From positions 25,420,001-25,484,000 of the forward strand of contig NC_043008.1 of the NCBI RefSeq assembly GCF_006345805.1: DNA of 64,000 bases, given 5' to 3'. Position 1 is the first letter of the stretch, and each line of letters opens with the position of its first letter. Positions 13,866 to 25,694 of the stretch are shown piece by piece. Origin of the DNA: Octopus sinensis (taxonomy: Eukaryota). The notes beneath the pieces were generated by a model. It did no database searches, had not been told where the DNA came from, and saw only the letters and a program-made list of their open reading frames with translations. Both the position numbers and the translations under genes were made by a program.

Positions 13866-15949
13866 CTGTGGAAAAAATACCTTAGGACATCTGCTGCATG
13901 AATTCTTAATAGTCAAGTGGGCATTAGCATATTTTATGTAGTAAAACAAGAAATTTTAATTAATTAATGATATTGGTGAGGAGTGCACTGAATTTCTATG
14001 TGATTAATTCGGTCAAAATAGGCAGAAATAGAGCATATCAAAATTTTAATTGATTAAGATTAAATAAATCAGAAAATTACTAAGCCTATTCACTCATAAA
14101 AATATACCATTTCAAGAATCTGAAGGGTAAAGAAAGAAAATATTATTCAGCAGAGTTAATCATTATTTGATGATACCAATGATTAGGAATTATGTCAATA
14201 TTCATTAAAAGACAAAAGTCACATTCATTGTATTGTTTTGAATGTGGATATCAATGAAGAATATGATGGCCTTTTCAATAATTTTAAGATTAGCATTATG
14301 ATATTATTTGTAACACAGGTACAAAGTTGAAATTTGAGAGAATCATTTGATAATATTGGAAAGCAAAGAAAACCTCAGCAACGTTTGAACTCTGGGCATA
14401 ACTAACCAAAACAAACACTGCAAAGTATTTTGTTAAATACTCAAATGAATCTTCTAATCTACTATCCTTATTTAGGATGGTAGTGTGGCTTAAATAACTT
14501 TAGTTTTCTGTGGACAAAGTAAGGAATTTCTAGTTGGCAAATCATGATTTTTCTTTAGAAATTACATCTAAAAATGAATGGAACCCTGTTTGCAAGACAA
14601 TATGATGCTGAAAGGTTTCTTACATTCATCATACACAAATTTTACAATTACTACTCATAAATGACAGTAAAAGTACTACAGCTATGGCCCTATTAATATG
14701 AAAGTAGGCAGTTGAACTTTTATAAAAAATTTTTTTAAATGATGTTGTAAAACCTGTATTTAATAAAAATTCAAGAAATCTATTCACATGGAACTAAATC
14801 TCAAGACTATTTTCTTAAGCTAAGAGGAATTTGAATAATTTTAAACTATCAAAAATAGTTTGATTCTGTATGTTCAAATTAAATATTGTTTTGTTTTATC
14901 TGTCTCTTTCATGGAATTTTCGCCATCACTCTTGAGTTGATTCTATTTGGATTCTTGGATAATTATTGGAAACAATGTTCAAAACTATTTTTGATGAAAA
15001 TTCTGAAAAAAATTCTGAAAACAAAAAATAATAAAATTGGTTATGATTATTTTTGTTTCTCAAAAAATTTTAATGAATTTCAATCCAAAATAATCTGAAA
15101 GTAGTTTTAAACTACATAAAATTAAAACAAGTTTTTCTATATTTTACAAATAAACATTCTCTCCTACTTGTTGTAGTTAATTAAAATACACTACAGCAAA
15201 ATAAGTTTTTAATTATTTTCCTCTAAATTTTATTGAAAGAAGGAAAGAAATATTATTATAATTACATTTTTACATTAATTTTCTCTTGAAAATTCCTTCA
15301 AATTTGTTACAGACTTTATTTTTTGCATATTTAATTAAAATGAGCAATAGGAAATTTTTCTGCATTTATTAAGAATATAGAATGGAAGAAAGAATATTGG
15401 ATTTTAGTTTGTCATAGTTTGATCAGAAGTTATTCTAAGCAAACTGGCTATTATGACACTGGATATATTTTGTGGGTAAAACCATATCTATTGGCACAGT
15501 GGGTTACTGATTATAAATTTTTGTTTAGAAGTAAACTGGCTGAGCTTGACTTCTATTAAAGCTGTTATATGGTCTCACAACCCCATATAATAATTATCCA
15601 GTATGTAAAGTTTACTTGCTGTTTGAACATCAAACATAGGTTGTTGTTTTGTTCATGTTTTTTGATGTCTCAAATGAATTTTATCACAGCTGTTAGATTT
15701 GCAGTGATGTAACATGTTGATTACAGCTTACATTTGTTATTTTGTTAACTTGAGATGTTATTATTTGTAGCTGTTTAAGAAGCATTGTAATGTATTATGC
15801 ATGTAGCATAAAGAATACTTGATTGGTTTATATCAGTTTAAGGAGGCAATGCAATGGTTTAAACACTAAAGTGGCACTTCCTCAGACCTGCAACAAAAGT
15901 GTACTCTAACATTGTGCATCAGTAAGTATATATACTTATATCAATATTA

Positions 15950-15958
15950 TCATCATCA

Positions 15959-16008
<50 letters not shown>

Positions 16009-16022
16009 GTTATTATTATTAT
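15950..16022. repeat. (ATT)n microsatellite
   Basis: Direct reading. Confidence 0.95.
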
Positions 16023-16023
16023 T

Positions 16024-16225
16024 AAGGCAGTGAGCTGGCAGAATCTCTAGCATGCCAGGCAAAATGCTTAGCAGTATTTTGCCCGTCACTACATTCTGAG
16101 TTCCAATTCCACTGAGGTCAACTTTGCCTTTCATTCTTTTGGGCTTAAGCACTGGGATCAATGTAATTCACTTAATCCCTTCCCCCCAATTTAAGGCCTT
16201 GAACTTCCAGTAGAAAGGAATATTA
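16024..16225 (+). mobile_element. SINE family A (first of tandem pair)
   Basis: AAGGCAGTGAGCTGGCAGAATC head and family body. Confidence 0.85.
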
Positions 16226-16478
16226 TTAAAGTGGTGACCTGGCAGAATCGTTAGCACATTGGGTAAAAATGCTTAATGGCATTTCATCTGTCGTTTTGTT
16301 CTGAGTTCAAATTCTGCTGAGGTCGACTTTGTTTTTCATCATTTTGGAGTCGATAAATTTAGTACTAGTGAAACACTAAGGGCGATGTAATGGACTAGAA
16401 TTGCAGGCCCCTTGTGCCTTTAGTAGAAAAGATTACTATTATTATTATTATTATTATTATTATCATCATTATTATTAT
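16226..16478 (+). mobile_element. SINE family A (second of tandem pair) with (ATT)n tail
   Basis: AAAGTGGTGACCTGGCAGAATCGTTAGCAC head; GGTCGACTTTG...GTCGATAAA body. Confidence 0.85.
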
Positions 16479-16681
16479 TAATCATCTTTTCCTTCTCTCA
16501 TCTTTTCATACATTGTCTGTACTTCTTCATCTCCTAACCTTACTTCTATCTGCTTTGGTATTGACTTTTACTTGCCCTGTCCATCTTTTCCCAGTCTATT
16601 TACATTTTCATCCTTATTTACTTTTGGTTTCCTCCCGATATAAGAAAAGCACAAAGTCTGGCAGATGCACAATGTTAATGG

Positions 16682-16917
16682 ATAATGGATGTATATGCAT
16701 ATTTTAAGAGTTATTGCTCTTTCCTCAGCACCACATCAAATCCATCAGTTATTCACAAACATATTGCTTAAGTACCCACTAAGTGTAGGGGTATCCAGTA
16801 GAATTATATCACTAAACTTAGTGAGTATTTGAACAATGCATTTGTGGATAATTGATGGGTTGGATATGGTACTGATGAAAGAACAGCAATTAAAAATATG
16901 CATATACACCCATTACC
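16682..16917. repeat. Fold-back (long imperfect palindrome), MITE-like
   Basis: Left arm ATAATGGATGTATATGCATATTTTAAGAG...AAGTACCCACTAAGT is the imperfect reverse complement of the right arm ...ACTTAGTGAGTATTT...ATATGCATATACACCCATTAC; arms about 100 bp. Confidence 0.75.
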
Positions 16918-17169
16918 TGAATTTTCATTTTTGATCACATTGTTTATATAAATGTATTCATATAAGAAACATTGTAACTTTCAGTGTGGGCTCTGAATTT
17001 TATACAAAATCTGTAGATTTGTTATGTCCTGCATTATGACGATGTATTTCGTTGTTCGGCCTGAACAGCATACCTCACTGACTGACATTACAGACTGTGT
17101 AAGTCCTCTATTTATCAGTAGTGGACCAGCCCACTTCTCACCGGTGGGGGGAGGATGTCTGTCACAACA

Positions 17170-17180
17170 CCACCCCCTTT
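17170..17180 (-). promoter_or_regulatory. Polypurine tract
   Basis: AAAGGGGGTGG immediately before the TG of the 3' LTR. Confidence 0.7.
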
Positions 17181-18073
17181 GAGATTCTTTTCTACAAAAT
17201 TTTTTTCTAATATATATTATTTCTTCACACAGCATTATATATATTTCATTTCTATGACTTTTCCTTTCATTACACTCAGATTCTCTAATTTCAGAATTTT
17301 CTATGTGTTCTTTACTAGTCACTTCCATTGACATTTCAACTGGAGTTTTTACAAGGAGGACTTGTTTAGTATCCTCAATCACAAAATGGCTTGCATTTTC
17401 TTTGTCCATTTTAACTTTCTTAGTAATTGGTTCGCTTTCAGTTTCAATAGATATCTGCTTACATTTGAACCCTTCTGGCATGATTCACTTTAAATGTATC
17501 ATTAACCAGAATTATTTTTTGTTACACACAAAATTATTAATTCCTTTGTATGGATTTATTATTATATTTATTTTTTGTTCCACACAGAACCATTTTTTTT
17601 TCAAAATGTCATAGGTAGTCTACATTATTACTGGGTAGTTTTACTATATATAGCAACCTGACTTATAAATCCTTTGAATGAACTTATTATTATTATTATT
17701 ATTTCTACCACACAGAATAATTTTTCACTGTGTGTAGTTCAATTCTGTGAAGAGTTCCAGTTTTATCAGACATTTTTTCTTTTCAGGATCTTTTATCATA
17801 TATATTTTTCCCTGTGTGTAGTTCATTTTTTTCTCCAGAATCTTTTTTATATATTTTTCACTGTGTATATATTACTTTTCACCCTGTGTAGTTCAGTTCT
17901 GTGTTAGAGTTCGAACCTATCAAACTTTTTCATTGTTCTTGAATATAGGTCTTCCATTTTGACATTCTTAACCTTATTACCACTGTTAAAATGATACCGT
18001 TATACAGTGGGAGGTATCCTCATCAGCACTCATATGTCCTGCTACTACATATCAGTGGCTGTATGAGTTACAA

Positions 18074-18086
18074 ATCCTTGTCACCA
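18074..18086 (-). promoter_or_regulatory. Primer-binding site, tRNA-Ser(GCU)-like
   Basis: TGGTGACAAGGAT lies 1 nt after the LTR-terminal CA. It equals TGGCGACGAGGAT (complement of the animal tRNA-Ser-GCU 3' end) with two CpG transitions. Confidence 0.65.
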
Positions 18087-18535
18087 CTGTTATGTCCCAC
18101 ATTATGACGGTGTATTTCATCATCTCTCCAGAAGAGGCCCAAACAGCGTACCTTGCTGACTGCATTTCTTTATTGACCACTAGGGCCCTACACAGAAAGG
18201 ACAGCAAAAGGACCGACAATACAATACAAAGTGGGGACATAAAACATAAACGAATGGATGGGAATGAATTATATAATAAAATAGAAATGGCTACCTGAGC
18301 CTCACTCTCAAGTGGTTACATCCTGTCTGTGCTTGTGTCTGCTTGTCTATGAGGGGAACTTGGACTATCTGGGGCACTTTCCTTTTTTGGAGGGGGTGTT
18401 ACTGGTGGAGATGTATGCTGTGTGAGTGTACCTTGTGTGTTGTGTGCTTGCTGTAATATCTCCTCTGTTTTGCTGTCCTTCCCCTTCTTCTTTGTACTTT
18501 AAGGTGGTGTATAACCATTTCCAGGCGGTACCCCA

Positions 18536-19120
18536 TCAATTCATTTTCTTTGTTCTTGCAGCTTGGATTAACTTAGTGACTTCTTTGGTTCTATACATCA
18601 TAGCTGCCACCAGCTGAGCTTCTTTGATTTCAGATGGCACCCTACCAATCCTAAGTCTTGCAACTCTTTTGCTGCAATAGATTGGCAGGAGCACCCTTTC
18701 TTGTGATCTCAGCAGCACAGTGGAGTGATTTATTGCCTCTTCTTTGGTGGCAAACCTCACATTCACAGTGCTATATCTTCTCCCTCTAGTGTAGAATGTC
18801 GCAGCACTCTTCACTTCTTCCATACATTTCTCAAGGGCTTCCTCTGATGCCATCTCTATTTTCTTATTGGTTACAGACAGCATGCTGAATACCACTGTCC
18901 TTCTCATTCTGCTGGTTACTTCCTCTAGAAGGGTCAACCTTAAACTTGACCCCTCCTTCTGGATCAGTTCCTTGCAACTCTCCAACTTCTCTCTTTCAAT
19001 TTTCACTTCCTGCAGCTCCAGCACATTTGTCACAGTAGTACGGCTTCCCGCCACCAAAGCATAGCTCCTGGCATGGGCACGTTCCAGTTCTCTACTCATT
19101 TTCTCAAAGTCTCTTTGCTC
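18536..19120 (-). pseudogene. L1/Tx1-like ORF1 (RRM-like) fragment
   Basis: 187-aa ORF plus 7 upstream in-frame codons. Motifs SYALVA, RGRRYSTVNVRFATKEEA and RLRIGRVPSEIKEAQLV resemble non-LTR ORF1 proteins. The frame continues after a TGA at 18536. Confidence 0.55.
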
Positions 19121-19519
19121 CTAAATGGGGGAAGGAAATAATTAAATACACAGGCCCGCAGGCAAAACAGCAACAGTCTTCAACAAAATTCAACAATAGG
19201 CACTAAGCCTTCAACAATTACATAAACAAGAAAACATGACAGAATCACAAGGATTTAAACAAAAGCAATTAATACAGAGGCTCAGGTGTTCACTGAATGG
19301 TGTGCCTTCACTGACTGACATTACTGACTGTGTCAGTCCACTTTTTATTAGTAGTGGACCAGCCTACTTCTCACCTGCCACAACAAAATGTGAACTTCAA
19401 AATGAGAACATCACACTGCTAACACAAAAGTAAGTTACAATATTGACTTGCAAGCCATTAATGTACTTAGTAGTATATTATGGTAACAAATTAAATACTG
19501 AATCCTTGCTAGCAATTAA

Positions 19520-19749
19520 CATTTACATACCAGCTGCCAAGAATGAGTTTAATACAGAGATTGGACTATCCACTAGTGTTACACCATTAAACTTTCTGGG
19601 TATTTAAGCAATATGCTCATAGATAGTTGATGGGTTGGATGTGGTGCTGAAGAAGGAACAATAACTCTTGAAATATGCATATACATCCATTACCTATTTC
19701 CCCTATCTTCAAATGCATCGTTTACATAAACATATTCATATATAAAACA

Positions 19750-19750
<1 letters not shown>
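19520..19750. repeat. Partial second copy of the 16682 fold-back plus its right flank
   Basis: GATAGTTGATGGGTTGGATGTGGTGCTGAAGAAGGAAC...ATATGCATATACATCCATTACC aligns with 16845-16975. Confidence 0.7.
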
Positions 19751-19790
<40 letters not shown>

Positions 19791-19835
19791 ATTGGTGATT
19801 AATCTACTACAAGATTATTCATCTTTCTATTTCAC

Positions 19836-19865
<30 letters not shown>

Positions 19866-19869
<4 letters not shown>

Positions 19870-22800
19870 CTTGACAGGAGACGGGTTGAGATGCTTGAAA
19901 GGAGACGGGTTGATGTATGCTGCATACAAGAGGTAAGATGGAGAGGTGCTTCAGCTAGAGTACTCACAAAAAAGGCACATAAGTGTAAAGTCTTCTGGCA
20001 TGGTAACATGGATGGTGTAGGGGGCGTAGGCATACTCCTTGCGGAGAAATGGGTGGATGAGGTCAGAGAGGTTGTCAGGGTATGCGATAGAGTGCTTATG
20101 CTCAGGCTAATCCTACAGAATGGCACAGCTACGATTATCTCCGCCTATGTCCCACATGCGGGACTGCCAAATGATCAGAAGGACCACTTTTATGATACCC
20201 TTCTACAGGCTACCTCAAAGACGAGTGGAAATGACCTCATCCTTGTGGCGGGAGAATTTAATGGGCATGTTGGGCAGGAATCGGTTATCGTCACTGGGGT
20301 ACATGGTGGCCATGGTATTGGCACCCGAAACGATGAGAGAACTAGGCTACTGGAGTTCTGTGATGCATGTAACCTTTTAATCTGCAACACTAACTTCAGG
20401 AAGCCAGACAGCCACCTTATAACCTATCAGTCAGGGGACTCTGCTAGCCAGATTGATTTCATCCTCACCAGAGAGCGAGATGCAGGGTTTCTCTTAAATA
20501 CAAAGACCCTCCTGGGTGAAGAATGTACCCCTCAGCATAGGCTAGTCATTAGTGACTTTAGGCTCGAGGCCAGAAGGATACCAAGAAGCAGATCAATCCA
20601 GAAAAGAAGGATTTGGAAGCTAAAGAACCCTTCACATGGTCAGAGATTTAGGGACATACTCATCAAGAAATTTGATGAGAAGGAGGAGGAGCTACAGACG
20701 TCGGACATAGAAGGTAGCTGGAAATTCCTATGGGACAGCTTGCTGAGTGCCACAGACCAAATCTGTGGCTGGTGCAAAGTCCCTTCCAGACCTAGAGTTA
20801 CGTGGTGGTAGAATAGCATGGTAGACAAAACCATTAGAGCAAAGAAACAGGCCTAGAAAGCCTGGAGGGATGGGGGTAGCAGGGAACTGTACCAGGTAGC
20901 CAGAAGGGAGGCTGGGCGGCAGGTATACATAGCCAAGAGTGAAGCAGAGAAGAAGTTTGCCAATGTCCAGCGACGTAAGAACCAAAGAACTGAGGTATTT
21001 CGGATTGCTAGACAGTGTGTGAGAGAAAATTGTGATGTCACAGGAGAGAAATGTGTCTGCATGGATGCTTTCAATGTTTCTGAAAAGAAAGAGGCTTGGA
21101 GAAACCATTATGAGAGACTGCTGAGTGTGGAGAATGAATGGGAGGAGGAGAGCCTGCCAAAGGTTGGCCCAGTAGAGGGACCAGCTATCCGAATAGACAG
21201 CTCCCTAGTAGATAAAACAATTAAGGGTATAAAACCAGGAAAAGCCCCCGGCCCATCAGGAATCACTGCTGAGATGTTAAACCATCTGGTGGTGTGGATT
21301 ATGGCCTACTCACCCGCATTGTAAACCAGGTAGTTTATAATGGAGTCATACCCAATGACTGGCATAGCAGAGCCATAGTCAACTGCTAAAAGGGTAAAGG
21401 TGATGCTCTAGATAGAAATAACTATAGGGGTATTAAACTGTTGGATCAGGTGATGAAGGTCACAGAGTGGGTCATAGTCCATCTCATTAGGGAGAGAGTC
21501 TGCTTAGATGAGATGCAGTTTGGTTTTGTGCTTGGTAGAAGCACCACTGATGCCATATTCCTGGTTCGACAACTGCAGGAGAAATACCTAGCTAAAAATA
21601 AACACCTATACATAGCTTCCATGGACTTGGAGAAAGCCTTTGACAGGGTCCCCCAATCCCTTATTTGGTGGGTGATGTGGAAACTGGAGAATAACAGAGG
21701 AATTCAAGACGGGTTGCCCCCTGGGAGCTCCTCTATGCTGATGACCTGGCCCTCATAGCAGAATCACAACCGAAACTAGAAAAGGAATTTCGGGTGTGGA
21801 AGCTAGGTTTAGAATCAAAAGGCCTTAGAGTCAATGTAGCAAAGACCAAAGTTCTCGTAAGTAGGAAGGCAAACACACCACACACCTCTTCAGGCAGGTG
21901 GCCCTGCTCGATTTGTAGAAAAGGTGTAAGTAGAAACTCCATAAGATGTACCCAGTGTAAGCTATAGACACATAAGTGGTGCAGCAACATCAAAGGAAAA
22001 TTAACCAAGAAGATAGCTTTTATGTGCAATAGACACCATTAATACTCAGAAAACAGATTCCATTACACTCCTGGGGAAGAAACTAGAAGTAGTTGATAGT
22101 TTCTGCTACCTAGGTGACCAAGTTAGTAGTGGGGCTGGATGCTCAGAGAGTGTTACCACTAAAATAAGAATAGCCTGGGCAAAGTTTAGAATGCTCCTAC
22201 CCCTACTGGTGACAAAGGGTCTCTCACTCAGAGTGTCATGCTTGACGGCAGTGAAACATGGGCTGTGACTGCAGAGGACATGCGTAGGCTTGAAAGAAAT
22301 GAAGCTAGCATGATCCGCTGGATGTATAATGTCAGTGTGCATACACGACAGAGTGTAAGTGTCCTGAGAGAAATGCTGGACATAAGAAGCATTGGATGTG
22401 GCATACAAGAGAGATGTCTGTGTTTGTATGGTCATGTACTACGGATGGATGAGGAGAGATGTGTGAAGAAGTGCCACTCCCAAACAATTGAAGGAATCTG
22501 GAGTAGAGCTAGATCCAGGAAGACATGGGATGAGGTGGTCAAGCATGACCATCGAATGTTGGGTCTCACAGAGGCAATGACGAAAGACCGAGACCTCTGG
22601 AGATATGCTGTGACTGCGAAGACCCGGCAAATAACGTGAGTTCATGGCTGTTTCCTGCACCAGCTTCGCTTAGAAGCCCTAGCCCATCCAAAGTGTCTTG
22701 GATTGCAGGATGGCCTGCTGTACTTGAGGAGACCTATTGAGTCAAGTACATCAACATAAAAAAAAAATCAAATTGAAATTGTAGTTGTGATACCTGTGCT

Positions 22801-23125
22801 GATGGCATGTTAAAAGCACCATCCGTACGTGGCTGATGTCAGCGCTGCCTTGACTGGCTTCTGTGCTGGTGGCACGTAAAAAGCACCAACTTTTCATAGG
22901 AATTGGAAGCCTCCCCTGGCACCTGTGTTGGTGGCACATAAAAAGCACCCACTACATTCACTGAGTGGTTGGCATTAGGATGGGCGTCCAGCCATAGAAA
23001 CACTGCCAGATCAGACAGGAGCCTTGGTGCAGCCGCCTGGCTTCCCAGACCCTGGTCAAACCGTTCAACCCATGGTAGCATGGAAAACGGATGTTAAATA
23101 ATGATGATTATTATGATGATTATGA
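19866..23125 (+). mobile_element. Near full-length RTE LINE (APE + RT + PHD-like finger), inactive, inserted in (TA)n
   Basis: APE ORF 19891-20811; RT motifs NYRGIKLL, QFGFVLGRSTTDAIF, DLEKAFDRVP and PWELLYADDL. The region carrying the QG..LSP motif is deleted near 21690. Stops and frameshifts present; (ATG)n tail; (TA)n on both sides. Confidence 0.95.
19891..20811 (+). pseudogene. AP-like endonuclease domain of the RTE element
   Basis: VDVCCIQEVRW, ISAYVP, LVAGEFNGHVG, QIDFIL and QHRLV motifs. Confidence 0.9.
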
Positions 23126-23169
<44 letters not shown>

Positions 23170-23189
23170 ATATATATATATATATGTAA

Positions 23190-23400
23190 AGTTAATCCAA
23201 ACATGAAAACACAAAGAGAAAACACAACAACGCGAGGACGTGGAACAACTATAGTATTATTGGATGCTCAGGAAGGAAGGTAAGAAGGAGGGTTTTACGT
23301 TTTGAGCAGAGCTCTTTGTCAGAAACATAGGAAAAGGAAAGATCCAGAGAAGGGAAGACGGAGGGAAAAAAAATCACCAACGGTACACACGGGGTCAAAA
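23190..23400 (-). mobile_element. PLE-associated short repeat with decayed hammerhead motif (23292-23326)
   Basis: Homologous to 53795-53990; minus strand reads GTTT-CTGACAA-A-GAGCTCTGCTC-AAAA-CGT-A-AAAC. Confidence 0.55.
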
Positions 23401-24416
23401 ACACCCACTATGTAATTGGTCAGAAAATGGCATCCAGCCATAGAAAGCAAGCTATCATGAAATGTATGGACATTAGTCTATGAGCATTGTGGCATCCATT
23501 AAGTACTGACTTGGTCTGTTTCTTGTTCAATGCAAATAATAATGATGATGATGATGATGATGATTATGATTATCCTCATCTTCATCACAATTATTTTCAT
23601 ATATTCTTACATTCATATTTACAGTAAGCATTAAATGCAATATCACACACACTCATACACATGCACAAGCTCAAGCACACACACACAGACACACACACAC
23701 ACTCATACACATGCACACGCTCAAGCACACACACACACACACACACACATAAAGACATACACATCTTATCTACTGTAAAGTTAATAATCCAAACATTTAC
23801 AGTCTGACCCTATGATCTTTAGCTTCATTTCGTTAGTAAAGTTTGGTCCAAAATACTGTCTGTATAATGCTACATACTTTCCATGCAAACTTTGTTCCCT
23901 GTATGGTTACTGCTAGGAGAAATAGTGAAAATATAGAAAGAATAACATATTTAGTTATCTGCTATTTTGAAAGTTTTACTTTGTCCCTCTGCATCTAATA
24001 TCTGCACCATCACATATTTTTTCTTTTGTTTTGAAAGAAATATGCATTTTTTTAAAGCTGCAAAGCTGCTTCCTCTTTCAAATAGTCGCTAGAATTAAAA
24101 GATCTATGCTTGAATCTCTCTTTTGCTTTCTCCTTCTGTCTGTCTTTCTCTGCTTTAATAATAATTAAACATATCACACTCTACTTCCAGTATTCGAGTA
24201 CTATTTTTTCCCACCTTGCTTCACATTTATGTGCTTACTTTAGTGTATTATATTATATATTTATCATTGATTTTATACCTTTTGAGATCTAGTTATAAGT
24301 TATATATTTAAAAAAAAAAAAACATTATATATATATTGGTTATTTATGTATTGGTTTATGTCTATCACTGTTTGAGTTGCATAATAGTGGTTTTATCTCT
24401 AATTTTTATTATATAT

Positions 24417-24472
<56 letters not shown>

Positions 24473-24499
24473 GTATGTATAGTTTATTTAAACTGGTAA

Positions 24500-25050
24500 C
24501 AATATATTCCACCCTACATCTCTGCTTCCAAGCAAATTGCACTGTTTTCATGTGTGTTGATGGACACCTTTCTACCCTTGTTTTTATCAACTTTGGCATG
24601 CCCCAGGATGCAGTTTTGTCCCTTATCTTATCATCTTTCTATACATCAATGACTTACTTACCACCACATCCAGTGACATTCATTCTTATGCATATAAAAC
24701 TAAACTTTATACTTTCCCAATGTTTTCCATCCCTTCATTATTCATTTATAATCTAAACATATGACAGACATACCCTGACTCGATGAACAGAAACTCCAAA
24801 TGTATCTACCATTGGAGATATATCACACCTGTCTCATTTGATAGCAAGGTAACAGAGATACAACTCATATTCACAAAACATCATCGTACAACTCACCTTT
24901 AATCATAAATAGCCCTCAGCCAGAGGCCTGAAAATCACATTAGTTCTATGTCACTCTCATCAGGATTCTCTGATGGCAAAATTCATAATCAAAAACTGGT
25001 CCTTTTCTTCAGGGCTAGAAAATATTTCTACTCCTAGCAATTATTGATAT
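24500..25050 (+). mobile_element. CR1/Jockey-like RT remnant
   Basis: FGMPQDAVLSLIL then LYINDLL..TSSDIHSYA correspond to GVPQGSVLSP.LF.LYINDL...SYADD. Confidence 0.65.
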
Positions 25051-25057
25051 TCTGCAT

Positions 25058-25278
25058 CAGTGGTTCTCAACCGGGTCCATGTGGAAATTTTGTGCAATAA
25101 ACTGGTTATATTTCTACAATGCACAAAATATTTACACATTTTTCTATACCATTCCTAAAAATATTCAGTCAAAAAGATAACAGGAGTTTTTAGACATTGA
25201 ATAGCTATGAGGATTCCCTTGCCTGATTAAAATAGAAACCAAAGGGGTCCATAGGCAAAAAATAGTTGAGAGCCACTA
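25058..25278. mobile_element. hAT-type MITE
   Basis: TIRs CAGTGGTTCTCAAC / GTTGAGAGCCACTA; 8-bp flanks TTCTGCAT / CTTTGCAT match 6/8. Confidence 0.75.
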
Positions 25279-25694
25279 CTTTGCATTATTCAAATAAAGC
25301 CCACAATGGAGTGTTGCTCTCCTATCTAGGGTGGTGCTGCAATATTACACACAAACTGCTTCTAGATAGTAACCACCTAAATGTTTGGCATAAAGTCAAG
25401 CGCACACACAAACAAGCCTCTGACCCACATGCATGTTATTTTCTCTCTTGTCCTTTTCTACTATTACTGTAATCGTCTCTACTTCCTAGAGTTGTGTGGG
25501 TTCAAGCCATCTCCATCCAATTCATATTTTCTTTGCTCATCACAAATGCTCTTTCCATCCTACACATATTCTGCTCCAATTGCAGCACCTAGTTCTTCCT
25601 TCACAGAATATCAACCATCTTGAATCCCCTGCCTTATTGTCCTTGCAGATATTGACATTATTAGCATCAATATAAACCAATCTAGAATTGCTTA

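Larger units (their letters stand above)
17020..19385 (-). mobile_element. Non-autonomous LTR retroelement (Gypsy-like) with interrupted 5' LTR
   Basis: 3' LTR at 17169-17020 (TGTTGTG...CATAACA) is preceded by a PPT. LTR 5' part at 19385-19290 matches it 62/68 nt over 19308-19375 vs 17075-17142. LTR 3' part at about 18160-18088 is followed by a PBS. No pol sequence seen. Confidence 0.75.

Noticed and set aside
17015-19390. Target-site duplication for the LTR element
   Set aside because: Flanks AGATT and AAATG do not match, so the outer boundaries may be rearranged or old.
22790-22950. Three spaced repeats CCTGTGCTGGTGGCACGTAAAAAGCACC resembling a CRISPR array
   Set aside because: They lie within the RTE 3' UTR, have only three degenerate units, and the context is eukaryotic with no cas genes.
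23960-24089. Open minus-strand frame after ttttaattctAG (RLFERGSSFAALKK...)
   Set aside because: Weak donor, no motif and no phase-compatible neighbours.
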